Positions 12,278 through 24,003 of a stretch of 64,000 nucleotides of DNA are shown here, one piece after another. Every line of letters begins with the position of its first letter. Within the stretch, counting starts at the first letter, position 1. The notes beneath the pieces were generated by a model. The model saw nothing but the letters and a program-made list of their open reading frames with translations. It had not been told where the DNA came from and made no database searches. Source of the DNA: Ramazzottius varieornatus (lineage: Eukaryota > Animalia > Tardigrada). Position numbers and translations under genes: made by a program. Where the stretch lies: NCBI GenBank assembly GCA_001949185.1, contig BDGG01000003.1, forward strand, positions 907,577-971,576, written 5' to 3'.

Positions 12278-13910
12278 AAACACCTCTAAAACTTAGCAAC
12301 GAAGCATTTGTCATGTTTTGACAACTCGTCCATCATCTGATCGCCTACTGTAATGCTTCAGGAGCTTCTCGAATGACGTCAAAGTAAGAGTATGCAGTCT
12401 GCGTCATCATACTTGTAAACTCTACGCGCACTGTGACGTCGCTTCGCGAAGTTAATTAGGCATTTCAGTACGTGTTCGGTAATGGCATGGTGGAAATCAG
12501 AGGGAACTGCGTGATATTGGACCTGTTTCGCAAGGTATGTTTCGGCGTGCACAGCATAAGTATAGGTTTTATGCTGTGTAGTTATCCACGGCTTGTGTTC
12601 TGCCTAATATCGCTGCATAGAATTTGAAATTCTGTGAAAGCTGAGTTGATTGTCCTGTGTACCAGTTTGGTCGAAATTTGAAATCTTGGTGGAGTGGAGC
12701 GCGATCAGACCAATCAGCGAAGTGGACCTGGCGCGTCAAGTGGTCCGAGCGACTCGCCTCTTCCACACTGCGCCACTTGACCTCCGCTCTCATTTCTTCT
12801 GGAAGTCCGTATTGTTTTCGACCGCAACAAGCATTGTAGTTAGGAAAAGATAACTGTCTTCTCGAAACTATCGCAAGAAAAGGCGAAGGAAGTCCGGGCT
12901 TCCTCCAGTAGAGGTCCGAATGACAGGCCCCCAAATTTCGATACCTTGCTAAACTCGCGCGGCTTAATATTCCTTTATGCTAATATTCCGTGCCGGAAGT
13001 GAGCAAAACTGCGAAACGGTTTCTGCACAGGAACTGACACAACATAAAATCATGAGATTCTATGCTGTGTCAGTGCTGATTTTTTCTATTCACAGCCGAA
13101 ATATGACTTGCGAAACAGGTCCATTATCTGGAGAGAAAACCAATGAAGACCATCAATTACATCTTATCTTCAGCCAATTCAATGATCCAAACGGCTTGGT
13201 TGGCACAGAACAGAGCAGTACTGCGAGAGAGCGATCGAACTCTGGTTAGGTCAGACTTCTCTCCGAACGCTAGAACCCATGAAAAAGAAGCCGTGGGTTC
13301 GGAACGCATTATGGAATTTTGGGTATATAGAGTTGTCTGTACTATGGGCTTACTGAACTGCACGTCTGTGCGCGTCTCACATGCTCACTTGTTTTCGGCA
13401 ATCAATCGATCAACCAGCCAAGATTCACTGCTGATTGCTTGATTGACTTAAAACCGTTTTAAAATCTTCTTCGATTGATTGCTTGGTTTTCCTCGCTTTT
13501 TCGTCGATTTTTGCTCGATTGATTTTAAACTGACCTTCTCAGAATTTCGATGATCCGGTCCACCCGAACTGGTGATTGGGACGGCTGACTCGATTCGGTC
13601 TTCCCTTAAGTCGAGTCGTTCCAGAAGTCCGGCGCGGGCCCGGTCGGCTCACCCTAGCGAAAGATAGCCGACTGACAGGCTGTCATGTCAGGTGGAGATC
13701 CGACACGACAGTGTGAGGGTCAGCCGCGGCATGTGCAAAACAATGTCCATTTTCATGGCTCTTTAGTCATCCGGTTCAGCCGAGACTTCCGGCGATCTGT
13801 CCCGGAGCCACAACTTTTTCCGGTTCCCTCTTTCGGTCCTGTCTCGCTCATCTCAACAGTGGGCTTGTCCTGATGTCAGCAGACCACCTGAAAGCAAAAA
13901 CATCCAGCTA

Positions 13911-14054
13911 CTGTAAATATTCGATGCTATCGCGCAGCACGTCATCGTACACGTGAAGTACACCTCGGTCCGGTTTCACGGCCTACACAACTCCGTGCGG
14001 GGGTGCACCGTCACTTACGTGTACGTTCTGCTCGATAGCATCGAACATTTACAG
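13911..14054. mobile_element. MITE family A (144 bp, TA target duplication)
   Basis: TIRs CTGTAAATATTCGATGCTATCGCGCAG and CTGCTCGATAGCATCGAACATTTACAG, flanked by TA on both sides. Confidence 0.85.
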
Positions 14055-15322
14055 TATGAAAGAATGTAGCTTTTCATGTCCGCTACAATATGAGCCTTCC
14101 CCGTAAATATTGATATTCTTTGTTCACCGTAGATCTATGCAGTTAAAGAAGAATCTTGTGCTTCTTCGTTCCGTTAAGAATCTCAAATATTTGAAGAGAA
14201 GACGTCTTTCGTTCTTTACTTTCAATTTTTTTACGAGTAGATGCTTAAATATTGAAAAATCAATGAACAAGCAAATGCTAAACATCGTCATTGCTGTATT
14301 TCGACGATGAAATCTTGCTAGCTATCCCTAATTACCGTTAGTCCCCAGTGGAAAATTCAAAAAGTTATCTGGGCTTTGCATACCGTCAGGTACAGCTTGC
14401 AACACCCCAGAGACGTAGAATGCCGGAGCACGGGAGCAGTATCTGGCGCAGCAAAGTCACCTTCTCTGTCAATCGGCTGTTCCCCCAGATCTCCTTCCAA
14501 ATCTCGCAACGTTTGGAAGATGATAGGAATAAAAGAGAGCAGGGACGAGGACCATGATGAGCGAGGGAAGGTGAGGAAGGCGGACGGTAGCCTGAGCTGA
14601 CGGGTGCAGTAAACTCAAGACGAAATTCTATCGTCTGGAAGTTAACAAGTCCAAAATTTTGTGCTTGCATCGGCCACTTACACACGGACGCACGGCATGC
14701 GCATGACCAATTATGCACCGGTTGAGAAAAGCGCACTCTGGGTAAGTACCCGACGGAAGCTCAGTACTTTGCTAGGTACTATTTTCCCTTGGAAAACAGA
14801 AGAAGCTGGAGAGAGCCAGCAAGTACGCTACTGCTCTATCCACAGCTTCCTTCCTGTAGACCACACCCTTCTGTTCTGTGACGTCAAAGTTCGCCGGAAG
14901 ACGCAAAACATCCGGAAAACATTGGAAGACACGTCTGTTCATTGGCTGGCTAGCTATTCGACCTCGGTACCCTACGTGATCGCGTACACCGAGTTCGTCG
15001 TCAGCTTCCAGCGCGCCTGGGCTTCGTTGCGTCCGAAATTCTTTCGCCAACACCACCATTTGAAAACAGCTGCCAGAGCTTCCATCGCGATATTGATTGG
15101 CTCAGTGATATTTCTGCTGCAGTGCGCAATCATCAGCTGCAAAATGTTTGAGGAAAGCGGGCAGCTGGCAAAAGAATGCGTTGGTTTGTCTTTCCGCTTA
15201 CAGCCACGTCACCAAGGCTATTGTGCTCGCTGTGGCTTTCCCGGCTGTATCCATCGTGGTGATCTATCCTGTTTCATACAAAAAGCACTCCCGCTTTCGA
15301 CAAGTGCATACTGATTTTATCA

Positions 15323-15936
15323 CTGTAAATATCCCTGCATCCGCGCAGTACGTCATCAATCAAGTGGAGTAAACGCACGGCGGGTAATTATGGGACACTA
15401 AAAATTATGGGACAGGCCTTTTCGCTATGGCGGCACGGGCAGGTGGTTTTTACTTCAAGTAAAAACCAGCACTGAAGGCTGCTTTGCTGTACGTACGTGC
15501 TGAATAGCAAAAAGCAAGTCCTTCCTTGCTTTTTCAGTGTACGGTCGAGGTCGACTGGTTTTGAAGGACTGGGACCTTATGGAAATAACGGTTACAGAGA
15601 CGATTAAAGCTCGAGAGCGTCTCTGGAAGAAAGCAAATGAACTGTCGGCAGCCTCGAAGCACAAAAGTCAAACAGCTGATCGGCTGATGGGCACTGTCCA
15701 TGATAATATTCTAAGGTTAACTTTCACTGCGTTACGTCATATGCTCGATTTTTATTTCTGGTTTGCATTCAAGATGTAAATTTGCCGTCATTTCCTCCTG
15801 TCCCATAATTTTTGGTGTCTCATAATTACCCGCCGTGCGTGTACAGCCCAGGTCCGGTTTCATGGATTGCGCAACTCCCTACGGGGTGCATTTCACGTAG
15901 GTGTATGTACTGCGAGGATGCAGCGAATATTCACAG
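15323..15936. mobile_element. Diverged MITE family A copy, interrupted by MITE family B
   Basis: Ends CTGTAAATATCCCTGCATCCGCGCAGTAC and GTACTGCGAGGATGCAGCGAATATTCACAG. Internal GGTCCGGTTTCA..CAACTCC..CGGGGTGCA is shared with 13911-14054. Confidence 0.75.
15372..15841. mobile_element. MITE family B (470 bp non-autonomous Tc1/mariner-type element)
   Basis: TIRs of about 44 bp (ACGCACGGCGGGTAATTATGGGACAC..TTATGGGACAGG and its reverse complement), with TA at 15370-15371 and 15842-15843. Confidence 0.85.
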
Positions 15937-16799
15937 TAATTGATATCGCACCAGTTCTCGATCAAGTAGTCCTACAGTAGAGAGGTCGCGAGCTCAAAGG
16001 TGGAACCACAGTTACCATGAAAATTTTCTGGTCTTGACCTGGATCGTGGTCTGTTTGATCATTTTCTGGACGCCTGTTTTGGGGTTCAAGACGTTGCGAC
16101 AAATGCTTCTTATTCCTACTACTTGGAATCCGATTGGTGATCGAGAGCATCTACAGCACACTGCACAGTAGTCCGGAAGCAGTACGCGGTAACCTCCAAT
16201 GGTGCGCGGCAGCGGCAACATGCAGTACTACCGCCAAATGCTACATACCAGTTCCGGACCACGTAGACCAGATCCGCATCCTCGTAGTTTCCTACAAGGA
16301 AGAAACACGAACTCCCCAAATATCCCTACTCACCAGTTGTTCTTCCAAGGTGCTGCCCGGCGCCAGTCAGTATCTCGATCTAGAAGTGCCCGATTCCCTG
16401 AAATCCTATCTGAACGCAGACTTGGGACTCTGGAAGACGTCTGGACCTCAGTTGTCACAGGTACTTCCGGGATCTCGAAACCAACACAATCGATCGACCA
16501 ATTAATTGCTGTCACGAGAAATCACAGGGAAGAGTACAAGTTCATATCACGGTAAACGATGACTGTTTTGTCGATAATGTTCCAGAATTGTTTTTCGCGA
16601 CTCTTTACGAGCGCCGTTTAGTCTTTGAGAACTGGCTACGTTTTTTAGAACTCCGTGCACTGCATAAGACCGATTTTCGAATGGACGAGGAGATGTGAAC
16701 TACAGCCACACTCATGGGTCATCGTACACCCATGGTTCTCATTGCCTGCTTGTATCTGCTGAATTTAATTTTTTAATTCAAAGACCACCAGGTTAATCA

Positions 16800-16944
16800 C
16801 ATTTTAGATTTCCGTATCACGTGACAGGAGAGTTACTGGTTCAAACAGTCAACCAGTAAAAGTCGCTGATTTAGACAAGGAAATACCGACCATTTTCGAC
16901 AGCCGCTCTCCCGTCACGTGACAGTTTCACGGCAAACCTAAATG
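16800..16944. repeat. Degenerate inverted repeat, probably a MITE relic
   Basis: TCACGTGACAGGAGAG pairs with CTCTCCCGTCACGTGA; weaker pairing extends outward. Confidence 0.5.
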
Positions 16945-18075
16945 GCCGAAACTTGGTATAAAGTCCTGTCTATCGACAGCACATAAACGGATGTTCGTCA
17001 AGATCGTCTTGCGGAATTTCTCCACTTGAGTTTTACACGATACTTTTGCGGACAACTCAACCAGAGAGTTTCTCTTTTACGGAACTGTGTGAGGAAGTAG
17101 ACCGGGGACCAGTGTTGCAATGCTTCACGAGCGCGCCGTGGCATGTGATTGACACACGTGAAATTCAGCCCCGGTCCAGACATGCTACCCCAGCAAGCCC
17201 TGTCGGGAATTCAGCACATGCAGGACGATACCACGCGGCATGTCGATGCAGGATAGATTTGCATTCGCCCCCAAGAGGAAAAAAGCAAGTCTCCGAAATA
17301 CCACAGTTCACCCATCCTACTGTAGTCCAGTCATTTGTTGCCGAAGCTGTTGTATGGAATTCGGGATTATGTCACAAAAACCGGATTTCTAAAAAATCAG
17401 TATCTAATTATGGAACGCTTGTAGGTCATAACCCCGGCGCAAGAAGACCAATGAGTAGTAGCCCTTTATTCGTAGCTCTTGATGCATTGTGTTGGGTCTG
17501 GCGGGTTCAAACAATGCTTTCATGTTCTCGTGACTGTACCTTTGACAGGTGGGTAGAAGTTTGAAGAAGAACCGATGAATGGCCGGGCAAGCTCGATGAG
17601 CTGATGTATTGGCTAGTACTAAACTACATAGCTTTAGAACTGGATGAAGGCTATTGATGTTGTTTGCGTCAGACCGTATTTGATTTCAGGCTGTGCCTTG
17701 CTTGATCGGAAGTCCATACAAAGAACGTCGCGCACTTATGCGGTCAAATTACGGAAAGGTTCATATATCAATCGGAGCTCGTCCCGACAGATTATGGGCT
17801 GAGGGGGATTTGCTGTTGCAGCAAACCAGGAGGGGAACCATAAATTGTTTTCCACAAGCCAGGATCCGTCCCGGCTTTGAAGACTTTGCGGTCGTAACAT
17901 TAATTTGAAAAGCAAAGGAGGGAAACCCAGGATTTGATCAAGCTCGTTTTCTGAAACGTTTTTTAGGTCTGCGCGATCCGTTAGTTTTACCGTGGCGTCT
18001 AGAAAGCTTTATGTTCGTGATACTTTCGGTTTCGGCGGTTGAATTGGATAATGAACGAATCAGGCATCTTTTCCA

Positions 18076-19061
18076 TGGTTTTGAACGGGACTGTTCAAGA
18101 AGATATGACGGTAACCAATTCATCCACCATAAGTACAGTCTGCTGGCTACTTGCCATCGTTATGTTGATCGGCCTTTCGACACTGTGGTGTGCTCTACTT
18201 ACTAACGTGGAGCTTCGAACCCCGTTTCTGTGTTACGTACTGAACATCCTCGCCGGAGAGCTAGTTTTGTTTGTGTATGTCATTTTACTGGCTGTAGACG
18301 TCGGCCACGGAGCACAATCAGTTGGAAGAATCTTTTGTCCCTATGTCGATGTCCTTTTCGACTGGGGAACTTCCGTCATTGTTTACAGTGAACTGACCAT
18401 CAGTATCACTCGAGCATGGGCCTTGTTCTTTCCGATACACTTTCGCGGACACCACAGTAAGGTCGTGGCCAAACGTGTTTGCTGTGCCATATGGATGGGG
18501 ACTGCAGTTTTCTTGTTGCCTTATGGAGTTATCAGCCACGTCCACGTACGTCACCAGACAAAGTAAGTCATGATTAGAAACTGTGTGGGCTTGTCACCAC
18601 TATTACAGCTCAACTATACCAAAGCTATCGTGTTGGTTCTTGTCATACCTCCGATCGCCATTGTCTTGATGTATCCACCACTTTACAGAAAATATTCCAG
18701 CCTACACAAGGTACATACTGAGCTGAACGCCAGGTACCGTGTGCGCTCACTGTCAACCGACCCTAGTGTGCAGCTTTCGGGTACACAACGGTTGAGCCGC
18801 AATGAGCACGAAGGTTTCCTCATTCTGACCTGGATTGTCGTTTGTGTGGTTCTGTTCTGGACACCAGCTATAGTTTTCCAAATACTGCGGCAAATCCTAC
18901 GGATGCCTGCCGCACAAGCTCTAACGGAAGCACGATGGGTTTTGCTCTGGTCGTTGTTGCATGTATGCGTGGAGCCGTACATGTTCATATGGACCATTCG
19001 GCCTCTTCGAGAAAAATTTGGAAACTTGTTCCGGCGCTGTGGCTCCAGTGGTTGTCACTGA
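18076..19061 (+). pseudogene. Class A GPCR paralogue with a single in-frame TAA (pseudogene or unusual splice)
   Basis: ORFs 18039-18566 and 18570-19061 are in the same frame and collinear with the 11264 GPCR (YVLNIL, ISITRAWALFFP, CVGLSP, LTWIVVCVVLFWTP, EPYMF). The only lesion seen is TAA at 18564-18566. Confidence 0.75.
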
Positions 19062-21866
19062 TTGATGAAAATGACACGTCCTACCATACAGCTGAGGATT
19101 ACGGTCATGTAGCCATTGCAAACGATCTCCCATCGCCCAAACGGCACTCGATCGACGCTGTTTTCCGGAAAGGAACACAAAGAGCGTATTGTCTGTCTCC
19201 GGTAGTCTCGGTACGTCACAGCCGACAGTTCTGTTAGGCGGTGTACGAAGCAAGCAGAAGGTGATTTACCTCCGTCAGCTTACGACATTGTTTCGAACAA
19301 AACTTAACGATAAGCTGACTGCTCTTGTAGAGCGACATTCAGGCGTCTAACGAATCATTGTGTGAGCTTGTTTGAGTCCGACGACCTACAGCTTTGCCAC
19401 TGCGGGCGCACATCGCATCGTTACCGTTGTGCCGTCGTGGAAATCGCTCGATGACGTAGGGAGATCGCCGGGGAGAACACAGTAGATCTTGGGTTATGGT
19501 AACCGTATTCTGTTTTATTTCTACTTTGTAAGACACTCCGTACAAACTGAATTGACCCGGGTGCTCGTTGGTATCGTACCCTAAACTTTAGCACGCTGTA
19601 AGTCTGATCCATTCCATAAACTTACGTTTTTTTTCGTAGACGCGAAATGATTGGCTCACAAAAATTCCGCACGCTTCACGTCAGAGGACGCATAAATGGT
19701 GACGAAGCGAACGAGGAACCAAGGTGGCCAACCTGCCCGTGTGTACAACTAGAAAGCCTTGCTTGTGCTACGGCCAGTTGAGGCTAGTCTGGGAGGTTGA
19801 TTGCACGAACGGTTAAAATGGCCTTAGCTTTATGGGGAACTTCACACAAGCTTTGCCAGAACAAGGAAAAACAAGGTTTTGGTTGGTCAGATGCGTGCAC
19901 GTCTCCGCCCAGCGATTGTAAGGTGGTGCGTGACAACCGTAGCAACTTACACCGAGACGCGACAAGTACATACATACATACACTGCCTGAAGCTGTAAAG
20001 TGGTGCGTGACGATCGTGCTAACTCACAGTGAGACGCGACAAGCACATGTACACACCGCCTGGCATGAGTGATCTTGACGCAGTCATTGGCACATTAGCT
20101 GAACAGGTGATGGTTTCATGCTCAATCAAAACGTTCAATCACGCATCCAATAAAGCGTGGCGTCATCAGTTTTGATGGGCGTGTCAGTGTATTTCCTCAT
20201 CCTCCAATCAGCTTTGAAATGGTGTTTCCGCTGATCTGATATTACCGTGTTACCCAGCTGTAAGACTGGTCTCAACTGGCCCTGCTTGTGCTGTTGCAAG
20301 CTTATGCTGTTTCATTTTTAAGTTGTGCTTTCTTTCCCACACGATTTCCTACCTGAAGGTTTTACTGTCGGTGTCAGTGTCGTCTGCCCCGTATGCCACC
20401 CCGGTGAAACCATGCATGCATAGTTCGTAGTGTAGCTGAAGTCAAGCGAGGGGAGTGGTTTCCCTCTTGTTCCCCAAAGTTTTCACCGTTCTTCCCCGAA
20501 ATATCAAACGATCTAATTGTCCAAAGATGTCACTGATTGATTGATATTCCGTGGAAAATGGTGGCAGCCAATGAGAGAAAAGTGAAATCCAATTTCCGTC
20601 CCTGCATTCCATCAACCTTCCTATTTAAACTAAGTGCCTTCCTGCTGGAAGAGTTTAACTTAGTGAACTTTTTCAACCGCTCGAATTGTTTCAACGAATA
20701 AAAGAAGTCAGCAAGGGGATGCGAGAAAACCCTTCCATTTCTGATGAAATGTCAGTTGAAAAACCTTGTTGCGCTGTGCGCGTCCACGCAACGAATGCGC
20801 CTCGAAGATTCACTTGCTTCACGGGTAACGCCGCTACCTTCGGACCGAACGGCTCAACATCTCTACCTTCGGATGAACATTTCCACCTGATCGCAGAGGC
20901 TGCTGAAAGAGTCCTCAGGTTTCTCTCGAAACATGCATAAGAGTCAGATACAATGACGAAGGCTCGAGCCCTCGATCTCTCTTCATCGATACCAGTTCCG
21001 ATCGTTTCGATGAGGGACGGCATGTTCGATGCTTTTCCTTTTATAAATGATTACCGTGCTCGAAAATGCAGCCGTAGGAAATCTAATGTTCAAATGTGCA
21101 GCGACCGAACATTGATAATCTGAGTGGTTACCAGCTTTCAGGACTGTACAGATCATTACCACATTCAGAACACCGAACTCACGCTTGCACCCAGATGGTT
21201 GCATGTACGGATACCATTCTGGCGAGCTTTGATATTAATAGTAAGTAAAACCAGCATGCATTCGAGTGGAAGCCAAAAGAAAATGGAAAGTGGGCAGACC
21301 ACAAGGGCCAAAACCTGACGTTACATTAAACCATTGCGATCAGATTCAAAATATCAGGTGATCGGAACAGTAAAACTGAGGAGGCAGAGAGCAAAATTTC
21401 CATTTTCTTTTGGCATCGTGCTCCGCCCTTTGCGCTTCTGTAACCAACGGCCTGCCAAGTGTCCAGTGTTTAATGGCATCCACTCATACAGTACAGTACA
21501 ACGGGCTCAATGCCAATACGGTATGTTCTTTTCGGTCGCGTATGACTGATTATAAAAATTCAACTGTTCAACTTGCTATCGAGTAGTTCGTCGTCGGTGA
21601 AGAATCTTGGTAGAAATTCCTAATCTGATTTTGAGTGATGGAAGAAAGCAACGAACCGTAGTGGAAAAGAATCTGAGCAGACAGGAGTTTTTTGAGTTTT
21701 CTTGCAGGTTACATGAAGCATTAAGTTTTAAGAAATGATTACAAAGCTAGGTACAGCATTTACATGTAGGTTCAAACCAGGTGACAAGTTTTGTATACAG
21801 ACAAAGAGTTTCCCAGTCAGGGTTTGTGGCCAGGCTTCGGCTTCAGAGCGCTCACTTGGCCGAAGC

Positions 21867-24003
21867 CTACTTCAGAGCTAGCTTATATAAACTAGCACCG
21901 CCGCTGCCACCGCCGCTGCCCGCGCCGCTGCCCCCGCCACAACCGTTCTTGATGATATGACGGCAGAGCAAGATAATGTCGTCGTCCCCGCTATCTCCGT
22001 TCCCTCCACTTGTAAGAAGTCCGGCACCGCTTCCCTCCATCTCGTCGTCGTCTGGGAGGATATCGACAATAGCACGGATCGCTATCTTCAGCCCAGCCAA
22101 TTGCACGCATATGTCGGCACGGACAAGCGGATCGATGGTTACGCCTGCAGCGACCGAGACTGAACCCCCGGAGCAGCAAGTTCCATTGTCCATCGCCATG
22201 CACTTAAAGAGCGTCTTGGCGCATTTCTTGAAGAGATTTTTTTTTTCTTGGCATTTGCCGTCTCCGCCGTTGCTGCTGTTCCCCCCACCTCCGGCCCCAC
22301 CGTTGCCGCAGCCCGGTGCTTTGCAGGACCCACCGCTGTTTCCACCGTTGCCGCCACCGTTGCCGCCACCGTTGCCGCCATCGTTGCCGCCACCGTTGCC
22401 GCCACCGTTACCGCCACCGTTGCTCCAACCTCTACCTCTATAGCCCCCTGGTCTGCCGTCTCCTTTACCATCACGGCCATTTCCGTCATCGTCTCGGTCA
22501 CCACCATTGCCACGCCGTCCATCTGCGTTATCCCCTCCGGGACCATTCCTGCCACTGTTCCATCCGCGACCTCCATCTCGTTCATCATCTCTGTCACCAC
22601 CGCCACGACCATATCCACCGCCATCCCTGTCCCTGCGACCGTAGCGTCCATCGTTCCTGCCATTTCTGCCTTGGTCTCGATCGTCGTCTCGATCTCGGTT
22701 TCGGTCTCGGTCTCGGTCTCGGTCTTTGTCCGTATTTCGACGGCCTCCACCGTATCCTCCAACACGTTCTCGTCCCCCTCTTCGATCTTCATCTCTGTCT
22801 CGTTTACCGGCGTCGCTGTCGTCTCTTCGGCCAGGTCCGCTGTCTCGGTCACCGTTCATCCCGCTTTCTCGCTCTCCTCCTCTGCGATCCCATCCATCTT
22901 CGTCGCGGCGGCCTGGTTTGTCGTTCCACTCCTGTCCTCTATCGCCGGATGAGCTGTTACGGCGGGAACCTCCATGCCTGCCATCTTTGCGTTCGGATGG
23001 ACGGTTGTACATCGATGGATAGTACATCTGCGAATTCATTGGATCGTCAGCCTGGAGCCGCTTGCCTACGCCTATTACAAGAAACAAAGACATAAAAATT
23101 GGCACAAATAACGAAGAGTTCGCTCAAAGTTAAAAATAACTGCTGCCGTATAGCAGGCAGACATGCGACAACTCTAGATCAACACTTTCCCCACGATCGT
23201 TTCATGTTTGCAGAATACTACCGTCCTCTTTGTGTATACAGAAATTTCATTGGCTGGTACCGTGTTGCGGAGTCTGGTCCAACCGATAGGCAATTTTCGA
23301 AATTTCAAAATTTGGATAATTGGCAGGCCATGAACGCCAAATCTCAAAAGGGAGAACTGGTCGTCTTGATTTTCTTCTGACCGCACTGATGACTACAAAA
23401 TTTATCCCAGGCTCGGCTTCGATAGATAAGACTGTCCCCAGTGCTCCAGTTTTTTTCTAAGCGAATACCGTGCACGTGTCTCGCGCGAAGAGACGAAACA
23501 CCAAATTTTACCAAAACCACCCGAAACCGTGCTGGAGTCTTGCTGACCGCTGGTCATTAGTGTTGCTTTGGTGAGAAAACCGAGGTACATGCAAAAAAAA
23601 GACCCAGACCCGAAAGATCAAAAGCTAAAACTGGGAGGTGAATAAAACTGAGTGATTGTATACACAAAGAGGACGGTCGTATGCAGAGTGTTAAGTGAAG
23701 ATCGGAAATAAGCATTAGAGAAGTTTTGGATTGAGCTGATGTTTTCAGCAGAAGAAAATCCACCCAGGGAAACTTACCCGGAGGTCTCATGACGGGAGCG
23801 GACATGTTGTTCGGGTATCCCCACGCGGAGCTGTTGCCGTAATATCCAGCAGCGTCGCGCTTGGTTCGCGGTAGTAGGGCATCTTTGTCCGTACCCGTAT
23901 CCTCCTCCTCCTCGTCCCATGTTGTTTCCAGAGATTGTACCACAGAGAGGTACCCCAGGAACAGTCCCAGAAAGGAAAGGCCCGAGAGCCGGATGGTCCT
24001 CAT
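21867..24003 (-). CDS. Secreted Gly/Arg/Asp-rich low-complexity protein with Cys-rich C-terminal region
   Basis: Exon 24003-23778 has a signal peptide, an acidic run and RTKR, and ends in G|GTAAGT (phase 1). A small phase-1 exon is probable at about 23566-23512. The last exon 23071-21867 starts in phase 1 and carries RD repeats, (GGGN)n and a Cys cluster. Confidence 0.75.
22340..22421. repeat. Coding 12-bp tandem repeat (GCCGCCACCGTT)n encoding GGGN units
   Basis: About seven copies visible directly. Confidence 0.85.

Larger units (their letters stand above)
14920..16145 (+). pseudogene. GPCR pseudogene (paralogue of 11264 and 18076) with a frameshift and nested MITE insertion
   Basis: TM3 YTEFVVSFQRAWASLRP and KECVGLS, a frameshift near 15205, TM5 TKAIVLAVAFPAVSIVVIYP, then after the insertion TM6 HENFLVLTWIVVCLIIFWTP (from about 16017). 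All match the intact paralogues. Confidence 0.8.

Noticed and set aside
21957-23095. Several long overlapping ORFs (His/Cys-rich, Val/Ala/Thr-rich, poly-Pro) on both strands
   Set aside because: They are shadow frames of the low-complexity Gly/Arg/Asp coding exon; the repeats simply lack stop codons.
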